A DNA stretch of 64,000 nt from Eutreptiella sp. 'Long Island Sound 2002' (GCA_964036045.1 OZ038379.1:76074001-76138000); one strand, 5' to 3'. Counted from the first letter of the stretch, positions 1 to 14,050 are shown. The notes: a model not told the origin generated them from the letters alone. Numbers and translations are program-made.

Positions 1-1
1 T

Positions 2-3000
2 AACAGGGGCTTTGTGCCCCCGCTGCGGGGCATCACCGACCCGGTCGCGCGTGCAGAGAAGGCTGCTGGGCTGGCGCAGGGGTACGACCAGGACTACCGT
101 GACTCGGAGGGGCGGTGCCTGTCTGACGAGGGGTTTATCCCTCCGGTCTACACACAGGAATATGTGGACCCAGATGGGCACTGTCCAGGGGAGCAGGGCT
201 TCATGCCACCGGTTGGGGGCGGTGATCCCATGGACTACGGGGCATACAACGCCCATTACCGTGATCGCGAGGGCCGCAAGCCTGGTGAAGAGGGCTTTGA
301 GCCACCCCTTGCCAGCCGCGGCCAGAGCCCCCGGGAGGGCTACGACGAGTTTTACCGTGATGCCCGGGGGCACAAGGTGGGCAATGCCGGCTTCCTGCCG
401 CCCACCAAGACACAGCCAGTTGTCATGTATGACAAGCAGAAGGGGATCGTGCACATTGTGCCCAAGGCTCCTTCAACCCCGGCCTCCAGCCCCGATGCCC
501 TGGAATCCAGGCCCGTAGAGATACCGTTCACCTTTCCGGTGTACACCGATGCCTACGTGGATGACTATGGCCGCAAGGTGGGAGAGACTGGGTTCATGCC
601 GCCAGGCCACGTTGGGATGCCCCTCCCTGAAGGGGGCTACACCGACCAATACCGGGACCGGGCCGGGCGGAAGCCTGGCGAGCGAGGGTTTGTGCCGCCC
701 AAGGCCTACATCGAGGGGAAGACCCCGGAGCAAATGGCGCTGGAGCTGCCCCAGGGCTTTGATGAGGGCTACTTCGACTCTGAAGGCCGGCAAATGGGAC
801 ACCCTGACTTCCGTGCACCAGCGCCGCGCCCAACCGACGGCCTCTTGGGCCTCGAGGAGAGCGGCTTCCAACCAAACTCCTCCATCTATTACCAGCAGAG
901 CTTCTGCGATGCGTCCGGCCTCATGCCCGGCGATGACGGTTTCATGCCGCCGGGAAAGAAGCGGGCAATGGAGGCGGGCACCTACGATGACCACTACGTG
1001 GACCCCAGTGGCAAAGTTGCGGGGGAGCCAGGGTTCGTGCCACCCGGCAAGACCTTTGGCCTCCTGGAGGGCTATGACGAGTTCTACCGTGACCCGAATG
1101 GCTTTGGCCCCAGCGACCCCAGATTCACCCCACCAAAGGTCAAGATCCCATCCCAAGGGTCGCAGAGGAAGATAGTGCGCCGCCGGTCCACGGCGCCCAC
1201 AATTCGTCGCATCACGGGGCTGCGGTACCATTTGGACTCCGTGAGGCGGCCCATCGGGGTGCTCTTGGACATGTCTGGCAAGCCCATCTACTATACATCC
1301 GCCTGGCCCGCAGTGGTGTGGTCCACCGATGTGGGCGCCCACGTGGCCATCGCAGACACGATGGTAGACGATGTGGCATCTGCCAATCCGGACCTGCTGG
1401 TGGTGGACCGCAGCCCACTCACCAACCTGCACACTGGCCGGCCACTGAGCCTCAAGCGCGCGCGGCGCATTGCGCACTACCTGTGTGACAAGTCTGCGAA
1501 TTTCCACGCCCACTCACTCGACCCAGTCACGGATGTGTACGGGGACACCTGCTTTGACAAGACCGGGCGGCCCATCTTTGTTGTCAAGCCCAAGGAGTGG
1601 GTGAGGGCCCCAGACGGCAGCAAGGTCCTGGATGCGACCGGCCAGCCCATCTCCCAGCACACCGCCCAGCGCTACCTGGGCATTCCCCCGGGAGAGGCCC
1701 ACATGTGGGTGGCGGAGGTGGAGGTCTCCGACAAGGGCCAGGTGCTGTACAACGTTGATGGGAGCCCGCAGCTGCGAGTCGTGAAGTCAAAGAAGACGAA
1801 CATTGTGATCAAGGGGCCCTCTGGCAAGGCCCTACAGAATGTGGACAGCAAGGCCTTCACGCGGGGAGAGCTGCAGACAATGGCGGGGCAAAACAAGGTG
1901 CTGGTGCTCTCCCGCAGACGCCAGGACGCAGTGCCTGCCCGATCAGAGGAGCACCCAATGGCGCTGGTGGTGGATCAGTCGGGCGGGCCAGTGTATGACC
2001 GGTCTGGCTGGCCCATGCTCATCCGGCACGACCCCGATGACCTTCAGGACAGGCTGCGGCTCTTCATCCTCCCGGACAGCACCCGCCCGCACGTCGTGTT
2101 TGGTCCTCAGGAGACCCCCCTCACACACCAGCTGACCGGTCTGCCACTGACGCAGAAGCGCGCGGCCCACACCGCCCGCTTCTCTGCGTCCGTCACTGAC
2201 GAGTATGAGGTGGGTGTGATCAACGGCCCCGACGGGCATCCCCTGCGCGATGTGAATGGCAACCCGGTGTTCCAGCGGACCAGGCGGCGCCCTGGCTACC
2301 TCAAGGGGCCGGAAGGTTCGCGCCTGCTGGACGCCAACGGCAAGACCATCACCGCGAGCCAGGCTGAGCGCATGGCCGGGATCACATGGGAGGACATCAA
2401 CAGCTACACTGTGGAGTTGGTATTGGACGATGATGGGCTTCCTGTGTATAGTGGCGGGAACCCGGTGATCCGCCAGGGGGCCCTCAAGGAGGGCAAGCCT
2501 CACTTCCTGGACGCCAAGGGGCAGATTGTGTGTGACGCCAAGGGCAAGCCCCTGACAGAGGGCCGCGTGCGGCAGATGATGAAGGACAAGGAGCTGGTGC
2601 TGCTGTCCCAAGTCCGATCCAAATACTTTTCCATCGACGACGACCTGTCGGGCGAGGAGTCGACTGAGTCGGACTCCTCCATCGCTTCATCTGGCCGAGA
2701 GGCCCGTGACCCCTATATCGCACACATCACCTCTGACGTGCCCTCCCGCGTGCCGTCACTGTCGCACCCAAAGAGCCCAAGTCCCGGCCTTGACAAGACC
2801 GACTCCGTGCAGTCGCTGACGCGGCAGACCTCCACGCCCTCCCCGCGGGACTCTGTGTCCTCTGCCAGCGTACCTACCCCCACCAAAGACAAGCGGCCCG
2901 GGAAGGGCGACCCCAGTCAGGGCTCGCCCTCCAGCAGTGGGGGTGTGGAGTCACCGGGCCTGGGGCTGGAGGTGGCTTATCTGGGGCTGAGGGTGGTTGA

Positions 3001-6000
3001 GCTTGCGCAGGGCCAGGTCCGTGTGCCAAGTGGCGCGGTCAAGGTGATCAGCGCCGCAGGGCCCGCAGCACGCGCTGGGATCCTGCCGCAGGACCTCATT
3101 GCGCAGATCAACGAGGACCCAGTCCCCACATTGGAGCATTTCCGGGGGGTAACTGCCGAGCTGCGCCCGGGGGTGCCCTGCAACGTGCACATCGAGCGCA
3201 ACCACCGGAAGATGGTCTGCAAGCTGACCCCGGTGGCTGGGGAGCGTCGCCCAAGCGGGAAGAAGGCCCAGCCAGTCGACGAGGGGTCAAGCATGGGGAA
3301 GCGTGGGAGCTCTGGTGGGTCCACGACCCCCCGCAGCACCGGGGGAGGCGGCACCAGCCCCCGCAGCAGTGGGCATTCAGGCGGCGGGACGCCCCGGACT
3401 GCACCATCCGGGGGGAATACCCCACGCTCCTCTGGCCCTGCCTCCTCCGGGGGCGGCACCCCTCGCAGCAAGTCCGACAAAGCCCCAAAGCAGGGGGGCG
3501 GAGCACAGCCTTCTACGCTTGATTTTTCGACCTCTGCCCCGGCTCCGGCACGTCCGCCAGTGCCTCCTGGCCAGTCGCGTGTGACTGGGCTGGAGGTGAC
3601 GGCACGGCTGGCCATCATGCAGGAGGAATGGGAGGAGCGGGTCAAGTGCCTGAAGAAGTTTGTGGATTCAAGCCCGAGCCGTGCCGCAGTCCCTGATGTT
3701 GAAGCAATGCACCAGGAAGCGCCAACGGGGGACCTGTCGGTTCGCTGTTACGGACCACACTACCGGGACGCAAAAGGGCGGAAGCCTGGGGACCCAGGGT
3801 TTGTGCCACCGCTGACAGGGGTTTTGGACGAGGCCGAGCGGCAGCGGAAGGCGGCAGGGCTGCTCGATGGCTATGATGGAGATTATCGCGATGAGAATGG
3901 GCACTGGCCCGGCAGCCCCCTTTTCATGCCCCCCTGTTACAACGACAATTACACAGACGCCAACGGGCGGCATCCCGGCGAAGCGGGCTTCTTACCCCCG
4001 GGATCTTCGCAGCCGCTGAATGAGGGCATGTATGACGCTAACTACCGCGACATCAACTGGCGGCGGCCCGGTGACCGTGGTTTCATCCCGCCAATGGCAG
4101 CCAAGTATGGCATGACGGCAGAGGAGATGGCAGTGCAGCTGCCCATCGGGTACGACGACAAGTATGTGGACCCTGAAGGGCGGGTGTCCCATGAGTCCGG
4201 CTTCATCCCTCCCCACCAGCAGGAGGTGTCCTTTATTCGGGAGGCTGAGTTCTCACTGTTCGTGCGTGTGCTGACGGCAAAGGTTGAGACCAGCGAGGAG
4301 GAGTTGCAACCCTACACTGTGCTGCGTGTGGGCAATGTGCGGCACAGCAGTACCATCAAGAAGTCCCGAGTGCCTGAATGGAACGAGACCTTCCAGTTCG
4401 AGAACCCAGACCTTGATACGCAGACCCTCGACGTTGCACTGTACTCACAGAAGACCCCTGCCGACGTGTCTTTGGGCAAGGCGCGTGTCAACCTTGCGGG
4501 GCTGAAGCAGACCACGACGCAGGCGCTGGACATCCCCTTGATGCTGAAAGGCGATCAGGGGCAGTGGGTTGAGGTGGGCAAGATGCAGGTGCTGCTGGAG
4601 CTGCGCAGCAGTGCTCCCCCGAAGTCCCCACCACAGCCACGCTCCGAGAAGCGGCTGCGGGCGGAGCTGATCAAGGCTACCGGGGTGTCGAAGCGCGCAG
4701 AGGGCTGGTACGTGAAGCTGACGCTCGGGGGGCAGGTCAAGACATCGTCCCCAAAAGAGGGCACGCCACTCCCACAGTGGAATGAGCTCTTTGAGTTCGA
4801 CGTCATTGATGAGGCACGGGAGACCCTCAACATCACGCTGCTCGACGAGTCGGACACGACCCTGGGGTTGTACCGCCTCAAGTTCGACAACATGCCTCGC
4901 GAGGTGCGGCAGGAGGTTGTGGCGACCCTTCTCGTGAAGCGGACCGATGGCCAGTGGGCGCCGAACGACCCCCCAGACAAGCTCGTGCTGGGGTTGACAA
5001 CGGTCCGCTTCGGCCGCCCAGTGCGCGACAAAACCGACAAGGCCCGCACCACGGCAGGGTCCGCGGGACTGCCCGTGGGGTACACTGCCGAGTACCAGGA
5101 CCCCGCAGGCCGCTCCCCTGGCGTGCAGGGGTTCGTGCCGCCCGCCACTGGCTACGCAGAGCATGTCTCAAGCCAGGCGCCGCTGGACGCTGGCTGCTAC
5201 GACGAGGGCTACACGGACGCCCTTGGGCGGCAGCCAGGTGATTCGCACTTCATCCCGCCGTTGCAGGGCATTACGGACCCGGAGGTCCGCGCCGCAAAGG
5301 CCAAAGGGCTGGCGGACGGGTACGACATGGATTATCGGGATGCAAATCGTGCTGGGCCCCTAATGCCCGGGTTCATACCCCCCTGCTACACCATGGAGTA
5401 TGTGGACCCCAATGGGCGCCATGTTGGGTCCCAGGGCTTCATCCCGCCTTTGCACCGCCACGCGAAGGAACTCACACTGCCCCACGGCTGCTACGACGAG
5501 AACTATCGGGACGGCAATGGGCGGCGGCCAGGGGAGGTGGGGTTTGTGCCAGTGTTGCAGCACGGTAAGACCGCGCAGGAGATGGAGGCCAAACTGCCCA
5601 AGGGCTACGACGAGTTCTACCGTGACCCAGACAACAACAAGCCCGGGGCGCCACAGTTTGTGCCTCCCCGGCCATATCCCCCTACGTTCGCAAAGGGGCC
5701 GGTGCCAGGAACGCTGCTGGGCGAACCAGAGGTTGCTGGTGGCGCTGCGGCTGTGACCGGGCCCACTAGCAGTGACAGCCAGGGCCTGCCTCCAGTCGTC
5801 TCTGCCCGCACTGGGACTGAGGTGGTCATTGACCCAATGCGTGCAAAGTCGCCTGTGGAGTGGAAGATCCCTCTGGGGGTACAAGGCTCAGGGGCGCAGC
5901 AGGGGGGCAATGCCCTTGCTGCCCCTGCGCAGACCTCCACAGATGCCTGGGTGCCCACAAAGCCGCCTGGAAAGACTTCATCAATTGCAGCGCTCGGGGA

Positions 6001-9000
6001 CAGCAGTGCACGCCCCACCGCCCCAGGTCCGTCACAGTGCAGCAAGCCTGGAGAGGAGCGACCCAAGCCTGGGTACGTGCCCCCTCTGACCTCCAAAACT
6101 GATCCCACTGCCAAGCCGCCAGACGGCTCTGACTCCGGGAGTGAGGGCAGCGGCGGCGTGGCCTACACAGCCGACTACCGCGATGAGAACGGGAAGGCAA
6201 TCGGCGAGGAGGGCTTCATCTCCCCAGTCAGTGGGCAGCCACTGCCCGCTGGCAGCTACGACTCTGGGTTCCGTGATGAGGATTTCCGGAAACCTGGGGA
6301 CCCCGGGTTCAAGCCTCCAGTGACAGGGCTGATGGACGCGGGCACCTGCGAAAAGAAAACAGCGGGGCTGGAGACGGGGTATGACGAGGGGTATGTGGAC
6401 CTGCAGGGCCGGCAGACTGGGGAACCAGGGTTCGAACCCCCAGGCCCTGGCAAGCCCTCGGTCTCCACAAAGGGCAGCGCGATGGCCAGCCCAGGAGGCC
6501 CAGGTGGCTCGGAGTTCTCCCTGGCGCCCGCCAGCCCGGTCTCCCTGACTGGCGACCACATGGCTGGAGACGCGAGTGCCCTCCCCCCACTCAAAGAACT
6601 GAAGGTGCTGCTGAATCAAGTGACCCGGATCGAGGGTCGAGGGGTATCAGATTCCTCTGCTTGGTATGTCCGCAGCCGCATCGGTGCCAACGAGTATTGC
6701 TCGCAGGTTAAGAACGGCAGTGACCCAATGTTCCATGAGACCTTCGGGCTGCGCGTGTCCGACGAGGTCAGCGAGACACTGGACCTCAGCCTCATCAACG
6801 CGAAGACCGGCGAAGTGCACGGGCAGGCACGCGTTGGCCTTGGGGACCTTCTGGCGACCTCACAACCGTCCGCCGTCACGCTGTTTGTGCAGGACAAGCT
6901 GAGCGGGCAGTGGGTGGAGACTGCCACCGCGACCCACTTGGAGCTGGAGCCCATCGGATTTGGGGCAATGCCGGACGGGCAGCTGGAAAAGCAGTTGACT
7001 GTGGAGGTGATCCAGGCAGCGTGCCCTGGCATCCCTCCAGGCCGCAAGGGCCTGACCCTGACCCTGAAGCTTGGGCAGCATGCACGACACACCACCCCGA
7101 AAATCGCAAGTGCAAAGATCCGCTGGAAGGAGCTGTTCCGGTTCCCTGTGGGGGATGCAACGAAGCAGACGCTAGACCTGACGCTGCGCGATGGCAAGGG
7201 TGAGGTGCTGGGAATGCACCGGCTGAAGATTGACGGGCTGAGGGATGGCGTCCGACAGGAAGTGGGTGCGACGCTGCATGTCAAGAAGCGCGGCAAGTGG
7301 GTAATCCCAGATCTCCCGACGCGCCTCGCCCTCGGCTTGACCGTGCATGGCCTTGACCTGTACAACGACTCGTATGTGGACGCCTTTGGGCGCAGCCCCG
7401 GTGAGATTGGGTTTGTGCCGCCTCTGCAGGGCAAGCATGGCATGACTCCCGAGGATGCTGCACGCGAGATGCCAGGGGGTTACGATGCCAACTACCGAGA
7501 CCGCTGGGGCAGGAAGCCCGGCAGCCGCGGGTTCCAGCCGCCGGCAGGCTGTGGTTCCCCATTGCCGCGCACTGGCAAGCGCCAGGGCACTCCTGTTGAA
7601 AAAGCCATCATCCCAGGTCAAGTGTCGACAACGGGGACATACGGCAGTAACTACAACGATAGCAACGGCCGTCGCCCCGGAGAATTGGGGTTTGTGCCGC
7701 CTCGGGCCGCCGCGGCGGGGATGACGGCATCTGAGATGGGATCCAAGATGCCGGAAGGCTATGACGAGTTCTACCGGGATGAAGCTGGGCGGAAAAAGGG
7801 CGAGCCAGGCTTCCGACCCCCATGTTATACTGATGATTATCGGGATGCAGCTGGAAGGAGACCAGGGGATGATGGATTTATCTCCCCGGTCACCAGTCAA
7901 GCCCTGGCCAAGGGAGCGTATGATTTGGGCTACCGGGACTCTTGCTGGCGGAAACCTGGGGACACTGGATTTACGCCCCCTGGTAGTTCAAGGGGACTTC
8001 CAGAGGGATATGACCAGGATTATGTGGATGAGTTGGGCCGGAAGATGGGCGATGCAAGCTTCACACCGCCAAAATATGATTCGGACTATGCGGATGATGC
8101 AGGCAGGCGGGCTGGAGAGGAAGGGTTTGTACCACCTGGCAAGACAAAAGGATTGGGGGCTGGAGAGTATGATGAAAATTATTGTGACCAGAACCAGAAG
8201 CGCCCAGGAGAGGAGGGGTTCATTCCCCCAATGCAGGGTGCAGCAGGAAGGACAGCGGAGGAGATGCGGCAGCTGCTGCCGAAAGGCTACGATGATGGAT
8301 ACCGTGATGTCAATGGTAAGCGTAAGGGCGATCCAGGGTTCATACCACCACAAGCCAAACTACCGCTGGTGTATGACAGCACGTACACCGACCCCAGTGG
8401 CAAGCAGCCTGGGGAGGTCGGGTTTGCGCCCCCTGTGCACCCACCCACTGACCCCCCCAAAACATTCCCAACGGATGGCGCCTATGATGCGCAGTACCGA
8501 GACGACTCTGGGAAGAAAGCGGGCGACAGTGGATTTGTTCCACCGCTGCACGGCATCACTGACCCAGTCAGACGGGCATCAAAAGAGAGTGGTCTCGCTG
8601 TGGGATGGGATGAGGATTACTATGACCCAAGTGGAAACCATGCAGGCGTTGATGGTTTTGTCGCCCCGAGCTACACTTCGGACTACGTTGATTCTGAGGG
8701 GCGTCGACCAGGTGAACAAGGGTTCCTGCCTCCTGGCAAGACCGCCAGCATGAGGATGTACCATGCTGGTGAGTATGATTCGCGGTACCGTGACCAAAAC
8801 GGCCGACAGCCTGGGGAGCCTGGATTTATCCCTCCGATGCATAAGGATAAGAGTGCAGCAGAGATGATCACAGCTTTGCCGGATGGTTATGATATGAACT
8901 ATGTGGATCCGAATGGACACAAGCCCGGGCAGCCCGGATTCCAACCGCCAAAGCCACCAGGCAAGAAGCCACTGCTGAAGAAACCGGGCAAGTATGATGC

Positions 9001-12000
9001 TTCTTATAGAGATGAGAATGGCCGGAAGCCCGGGGACAGAGGTTTCATCCCCCCACTGGCAGCTGCAGATGGTGATACTGCAGCAGAGATGGAGCAGAAG
9101 CTTCCTCAGGGGTATGACGAAAACTACGTGGACTCTGGTGGGCGGTCGATTGGAGATGAGGGCTTCAGGCCTCCGAGCTACACAGCTGACTATGTGGATG
9201 GCAATGGCCACCGACCTGGAGAAGCAGGATTTATGCCACCCACTGAAACTGGAAAGGCAGCTGGTAAGCAGCTTGGGGCTGGGGAGTATGATGAAGGGTA
9301 CCGGGATGCAAACTTCAAGAGGCCTGGGGAGCCCGGGTTCATTCCGCCGGAGCGTGCGGTGGAAGGTTACACGAAGGAGCAGATGATGGAGATCAATCCA
9401 ACCGGGTATGATGACAAGTACCGAGACAGGGATGGCAACCAGGCGGAGGACGACGGGTTCCTCCCCCCTGTCGAATTCCTGCGGGACTCGTTTGATGGAC
9501 TGGCCCCTGCGTGTGGCGGACATGTAGCACCAGCTGCACCACTGGCCTTTGGCACCTACACTGGCACATATCGTGACGTTAATGGCCGTCGCCCCGGAGA
9601 ATTGGGGTTTGTGCCGCCTCGGGCCGCCGCGGCGGGGATGACGGCATCTGAGTTCGGATCCAAGATGCCGGAAGGCTATGACGAGTTCTACCGGGATGAA
9701 GCTGGGCGGAAAAAGGGCGAGCCAGGCTTCCGACCCCCATGTTATACTGATGATTATCGGGATGCAGCTGGAAGGAGACCAGGGGATGATGGATTTATCT
9801 CCCCGGTCACCAGTCAAGCCCTGGCCAAGGGAGCGTATGATTTGGGCTACCGGGACTCTTGCTGGCGGAAACCTGGGGACACTGGATTTACGCCCCCTGG
9901 TAGTTCAAGGGGACTTCCAGAGGGATATGACCAGGATTATGTGGATGAGTTGGGCCGGAAGATGGGCGATGCAAGCTTCACACCGCCAAAATATGATTCG
10001 GACTATGCGGATGATGCAGGCAGGCGGGCTGGAGAGGAAGGGTTTGTACCACCTGGCAAGACAAAAGGATTGGGGGCTGGAGAGTATGATGAAAATTATT
10101 GTGACCAGAACCAGAAGCGCCCAGGAGAGGAGGGGTTCATTCCCCCAATGCAGGGTGCAGCAGGAAGGACAGCGGAGGAGATGCGGCAGCTGCTGCCGAA
10201 AGGCTACGATGATGGATACCGTGATGTCAATGGTAAGCGTAAGGGCGATCCAGGGTTCATACCACCACAAGCCAAACTACCGCTGGTGTATGACAGCACG
10301 TACACCGACCCCAGTGGCAAGCAGCCTGGGGAGGTCGGGTTTGCGCCCCCTGTGCACCCACCCACTGACCCCCCCAAAACATTCCCAACGGATGGCGCCT
10401 ATGATGCGCAGTACCGAGACGACTCTGGGAAGAAAGCGGGCGACAGTGGATTTGTTCCACCGCTGCACGGCATCACTGACCCAGTCAGACGGGCATCAAA
10501 AGAGAGTGGTCTCGCTGTGGGATGGGATGAGGATTACTATGATTCCCAAGGCAGGCGTTTTAGAGACGAGGGATTCATTCCTCCAACCTACACTTCGGAC
10601 TACGTTGATTCTGAGGGGCGTCGACCAGGTGAACAAGGGTTCCTGCCTCCTGGCAAGACCGCCAGCATGAGGATGTACCATGCTGGTGAGTATGATTCGC
10701 GGTACCGTGACCAAAACGGCCGACAGCCTGGGGAGCCTGGATTTATCCCTCCGATGCATAAGGATAAGAGTGCAGCAGAGATGATCACAGCTTTGCCGGA
10801 TGGTTATGATATGAACTATGTGGATCCGAATGGACACAAGCCCGGGCAGCCCGGATTCCAACCGCCAAAGCCACCAGGCAAGAAGCCACTGCTGAAGAAA
10901 CCGGGCAAGTATGATGCTTCTTATAGAGATGAGAATGGCCGGAAGCCCGGGGACAGAGGTTTCATCCCCCCACTGGCAGCTGCAGATGGTGATACTGCAG
11001 CAGAGATGGAGCAGAAGCTTCCTCAGGGGTATGACGAAAACTACGTGGACTCTGGTGGGCGGTCGATTGGAGATGAGGGCTTCAGGCCTCCGAGCTACAC
11101 AGCTGACTATGTGGATGGCAATGGCCACCGACCTGGAGAAGCAGGATTTATGCCACCCACTGAAACTGGAAAGGCAGCTGGTAAGCAGCTTGGGGCTGGG
11201 GAGTATGATGAAGGGTACCGGGATGCAAACTTCAAGAGGCCTGGGGAGCCCGGGTTCATTCCGCCGGAGCGTGCGGTGGAAGGTTACACGAAGGAGCAGA
11301 TGATGGAGATCAATCCAACCGGGTATGATGACAAGTACCGAGACAGGGATGGCAACCAGCCTATAGAAGCTGGCTTTGTACCCCCCTCACCACCGCAGCG
11401 AGGAAGCCAACCACTCCAACCAATCCAATCACCCCACGAACTGCAATCCCCACCCACTGACCCACAACAGAAAGTGGGTGACCCCTATCCACAACCCCTG
11501 CGTGTCCTGCAACACCAGGAACCGCGTGTAAGCAACCCCCTTGCGCCCTTGGAATATTCTTCCGCTTACCGCGATCAGAACAACAGACAGCCTGGGGAGC
11601 CAGGATTCATTCCACCACAGTATGCCAACACAGGCAAGAGTGCAGCAGAGATGGCACTGGCTTTCCCTGGGGGTTATGACAGGAACTATGTCGACTCCAA
11701 TGGTCTCAAAGCAGGCCAGCCAGGCTTTGTCACCCCTAGGGCACCACTGCCCTCGCCACAAAAGCCAGGGTTGTACAACAAACACGGCCAGAAAACGGGT
11801 GATGAAGGCCACACGGTTCCAGAGTTGGCTGCAGCTGGGGCAGCTTTGCCTGCTGCAGAAAAGGACAGTGAACAACCACCTGACGAACAGCTGCACCCAC
11901 CTGGGCACAGGCTGGCGCATCCTGGGCCCATTGGGCTGGGTTCTCTCACCCTCGAAAGCAATGAGCCTTATCCAGATCCAGTCGGCCCAGTTTCTGGCCC

Positions 12001-14050
12001 GTCATCTGGCAGCTCTTCTGGCAGGAAGTCTAAGGATTCGAAGGGGAAGACAAGCACCCCAAGCACAGGCATTTCTCCCCTCTCCCCCTACTCTGCTGGA
12101 AAGGACCCCAAATCTCCAGCTGTCAAGGCTACAAAGGAACCCAGTGGAAACTCCAAGAATGAGAATGTTCTTTCGACACCCAGAATGGACTCCTCTCCCA
12201 GCCAAAAAGGTAGTTCTTCCAAAGAGAGGAAAGAGAAAAAGTATGGACCCACAAATACGCCGACAACTCCTCAGGGCCCAGATGCAGTGCAGGTGAGCCC
12301 TGCTCCATACAAACTGCATGTGCATCTGCTGGGCGCCAAATTCCAGCGCGCTGGCAACATTTACACAAAGCTGACGCTGGGAGACCAGATGGAGGAAAGC
12401 ACTGTTCAGCCTGACACGGAGGAGCCTACGTGGGACATGGAGTTTGTCTTTGCAGTCCAGGACTACACCACACAGACTCTGGACTTGGCGATGTATGACT
12501 TGCTGCAAGATAGGACCATTGCAGAGATGGGCAAGGCCCGGGTGTCCCTCAATATGGACATGCAGGTTGGCAAGCAGTACAAGATGCCGCTGATGAGCCG
12601 GTCCCCCTCAAAGGAGTGGCTGCCCAGTGGGGAGGTGCAGCTGTTCATGGAGCTGAGATGGGCCCCTGTGACCCAGCCTTCTGTGCCCATGTGCCTTGTG
12701 GTTCACGAGGTCAAGGCTAACAGCCTGTCTAAGGCCAGTGTGCCAGTGAAGGTGAAGATGCACTTGGGAGGGCTGACCAATGTCACCCGCCTCCAGATGG
12801 GCCCCCCCAAGCCCGTCTGGCTTGATCTGAGCTTCCGGTTCCCCATCACGGACATGAGGAAGCAGACTCTCGACCTTAGCCTTGTGGACAACGCAGACAA
12901 GGTCTTGGGGATGTACCGCCTTAAGATCGATGGGCTGACCCGCAACACGAAGGAGTTTGTTCCTGTAAGTCTGTTGGCCAAGGACCCCAAGACTGGCGAG
13001 TGGATCTCCACAACCCCGCCCAACCGCCTGACTTTTGCCTTGACTGCCGAGGGCTTTGGCAAGGAGCCGCCTGAGGGGGCGGAGGCCTTGCCTGGAACCG
13101 CGCAAGACCCCAAGCCTGCAACACCACATCTGCCGACCAATATTACCAGGATAGACTCCAGAATGATGGAGACCCCACTGGTGGCAGAGGAGGAAGAGAT
13201 CATGCTGGAGACCGCGGAGCTGGATGATGAAGATGGTGACTCCCCGCCTTTGCAGGAATCCCCTTCCCGTCACAAGATGCGGCTGTATGACTACACGTAC
13301 CGAGACAAAAACGGGCGACGGCCTGGGGACAAGGGGTTCATCCCGCCGCTCACGGGTGTGCGGGACCCAATGGAGCGGGCAGTGAAGGCTGCCGGTCTTG
13401 AGGGAGGGTACGATATGGACTACCGGGACCGCAACGGGCGTGCGCCGTGCATGCCAGGATTCCTCCCTCCCTCCTACAGTGACTCGTATACAGACCCTCA
13501 TGGCCGGCACCCTGGAGACCCAGGGTTTGTGCCGCCCACCGGAGGCCACTCCTGCAGCCTCAAGGCCGGGCAGTACGACCGGGGTTACGTGGACCCAAAT
13601 GGCCTCCGGCCTGGGGAGCCAGGGTTCATGCCCCCAACCCGCGGCATCCACGACTCCCGGCGTCGGGCAGCGAAGGCACAGGGACTTCCAGAGGGCTTCG
13701 ATGAGGATTTCCGTGACCATATGCAGCGCACGCTTGCCGATGCTGGCTTCATCCCACCACAGTACAGCAGCCAGCTGCTAGACAACCGGGCGCGTGTCGG
13801 CGATGAGGGGCTAATGACGCCTGCAGGACCACAGGACAAGCCCCGGCCTTTGGACGTGCAGGAGGGCAACGAGGCACCTGGGATTGAGCTGAAGGTGCAG
13901 CTACTGGGTGCAAGTAGCGATACACTAACGCAGCCCCGGGTGTGCTATATGAATCTGAAGGTTGGAAAGGACACACGCTCAAGCACAAAGCAACTGCTCA
14001 CACAGGAGAGTGCCTGGGACGAGGACTTCAGATTCCTGCTGAAGGATCAG
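2..14050 (+). CDS. Exon A (5'-partial) of giant repeat/C2/PDZ protein; at least 4,683 codons
   Basis: Frame is open from position 2 (aac agg ggc ttt gtg ccc ccg = NRGFVPP, the tail of a repeat unit), so the ORF-track start at 14 is not the real start. Contains ~75 Y..Y.D..G..PG..GF.PP repeats, a PDZ domain and 6.5 C2-like domains. Ends at cag|gttatc (GT at 14051) in mid-C2 domain; the ORF-track tail VILLSCPTNH... is intron read-through. Confidence 0.9.
2960..3235 (+). other. PDZ domain (HtrA/DegP-like) within exon A
   Basis: YLGLRVV...GAVKVISAAGPAARAGILPQDLIAQINEDPV...VHIERN matches the PDZ pattern (xLGx carboxylate loop, GPAARAG, D-x-I-x-x-IN). Confidence 0.8.
7667..11359 (+). repeat. Intragenic tandem duplication: 7667-9442 and 9584-11359 (period 1,917 bp = 639 aa)
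   Basis: The copies are identical by eye except gagatggga/gagttcgga and one 45-bp patch (8626-8670 vs 10543-10587). Shadow ORFs in the track recur at +1917 (7761/9678, 7988/9905). Confidence 0.95.

Noticed and set aside
473-13720. Long antisense and alternate-frame ORFs over exon A (e.g. 473-1513, 8579-9817, 12608-13720, 7761-8753)
   Set aside because: Shadows of a GC-rich, repetitive coding frame; no motifs, and they duplicate in step with the main ORF.
80-13800. Regularly spaced repeats as a CRISPR-like array
   Set aside because: Conservation is at the protein level with synonymous variation, all in one frame; no cas genes; eukaryotic context.
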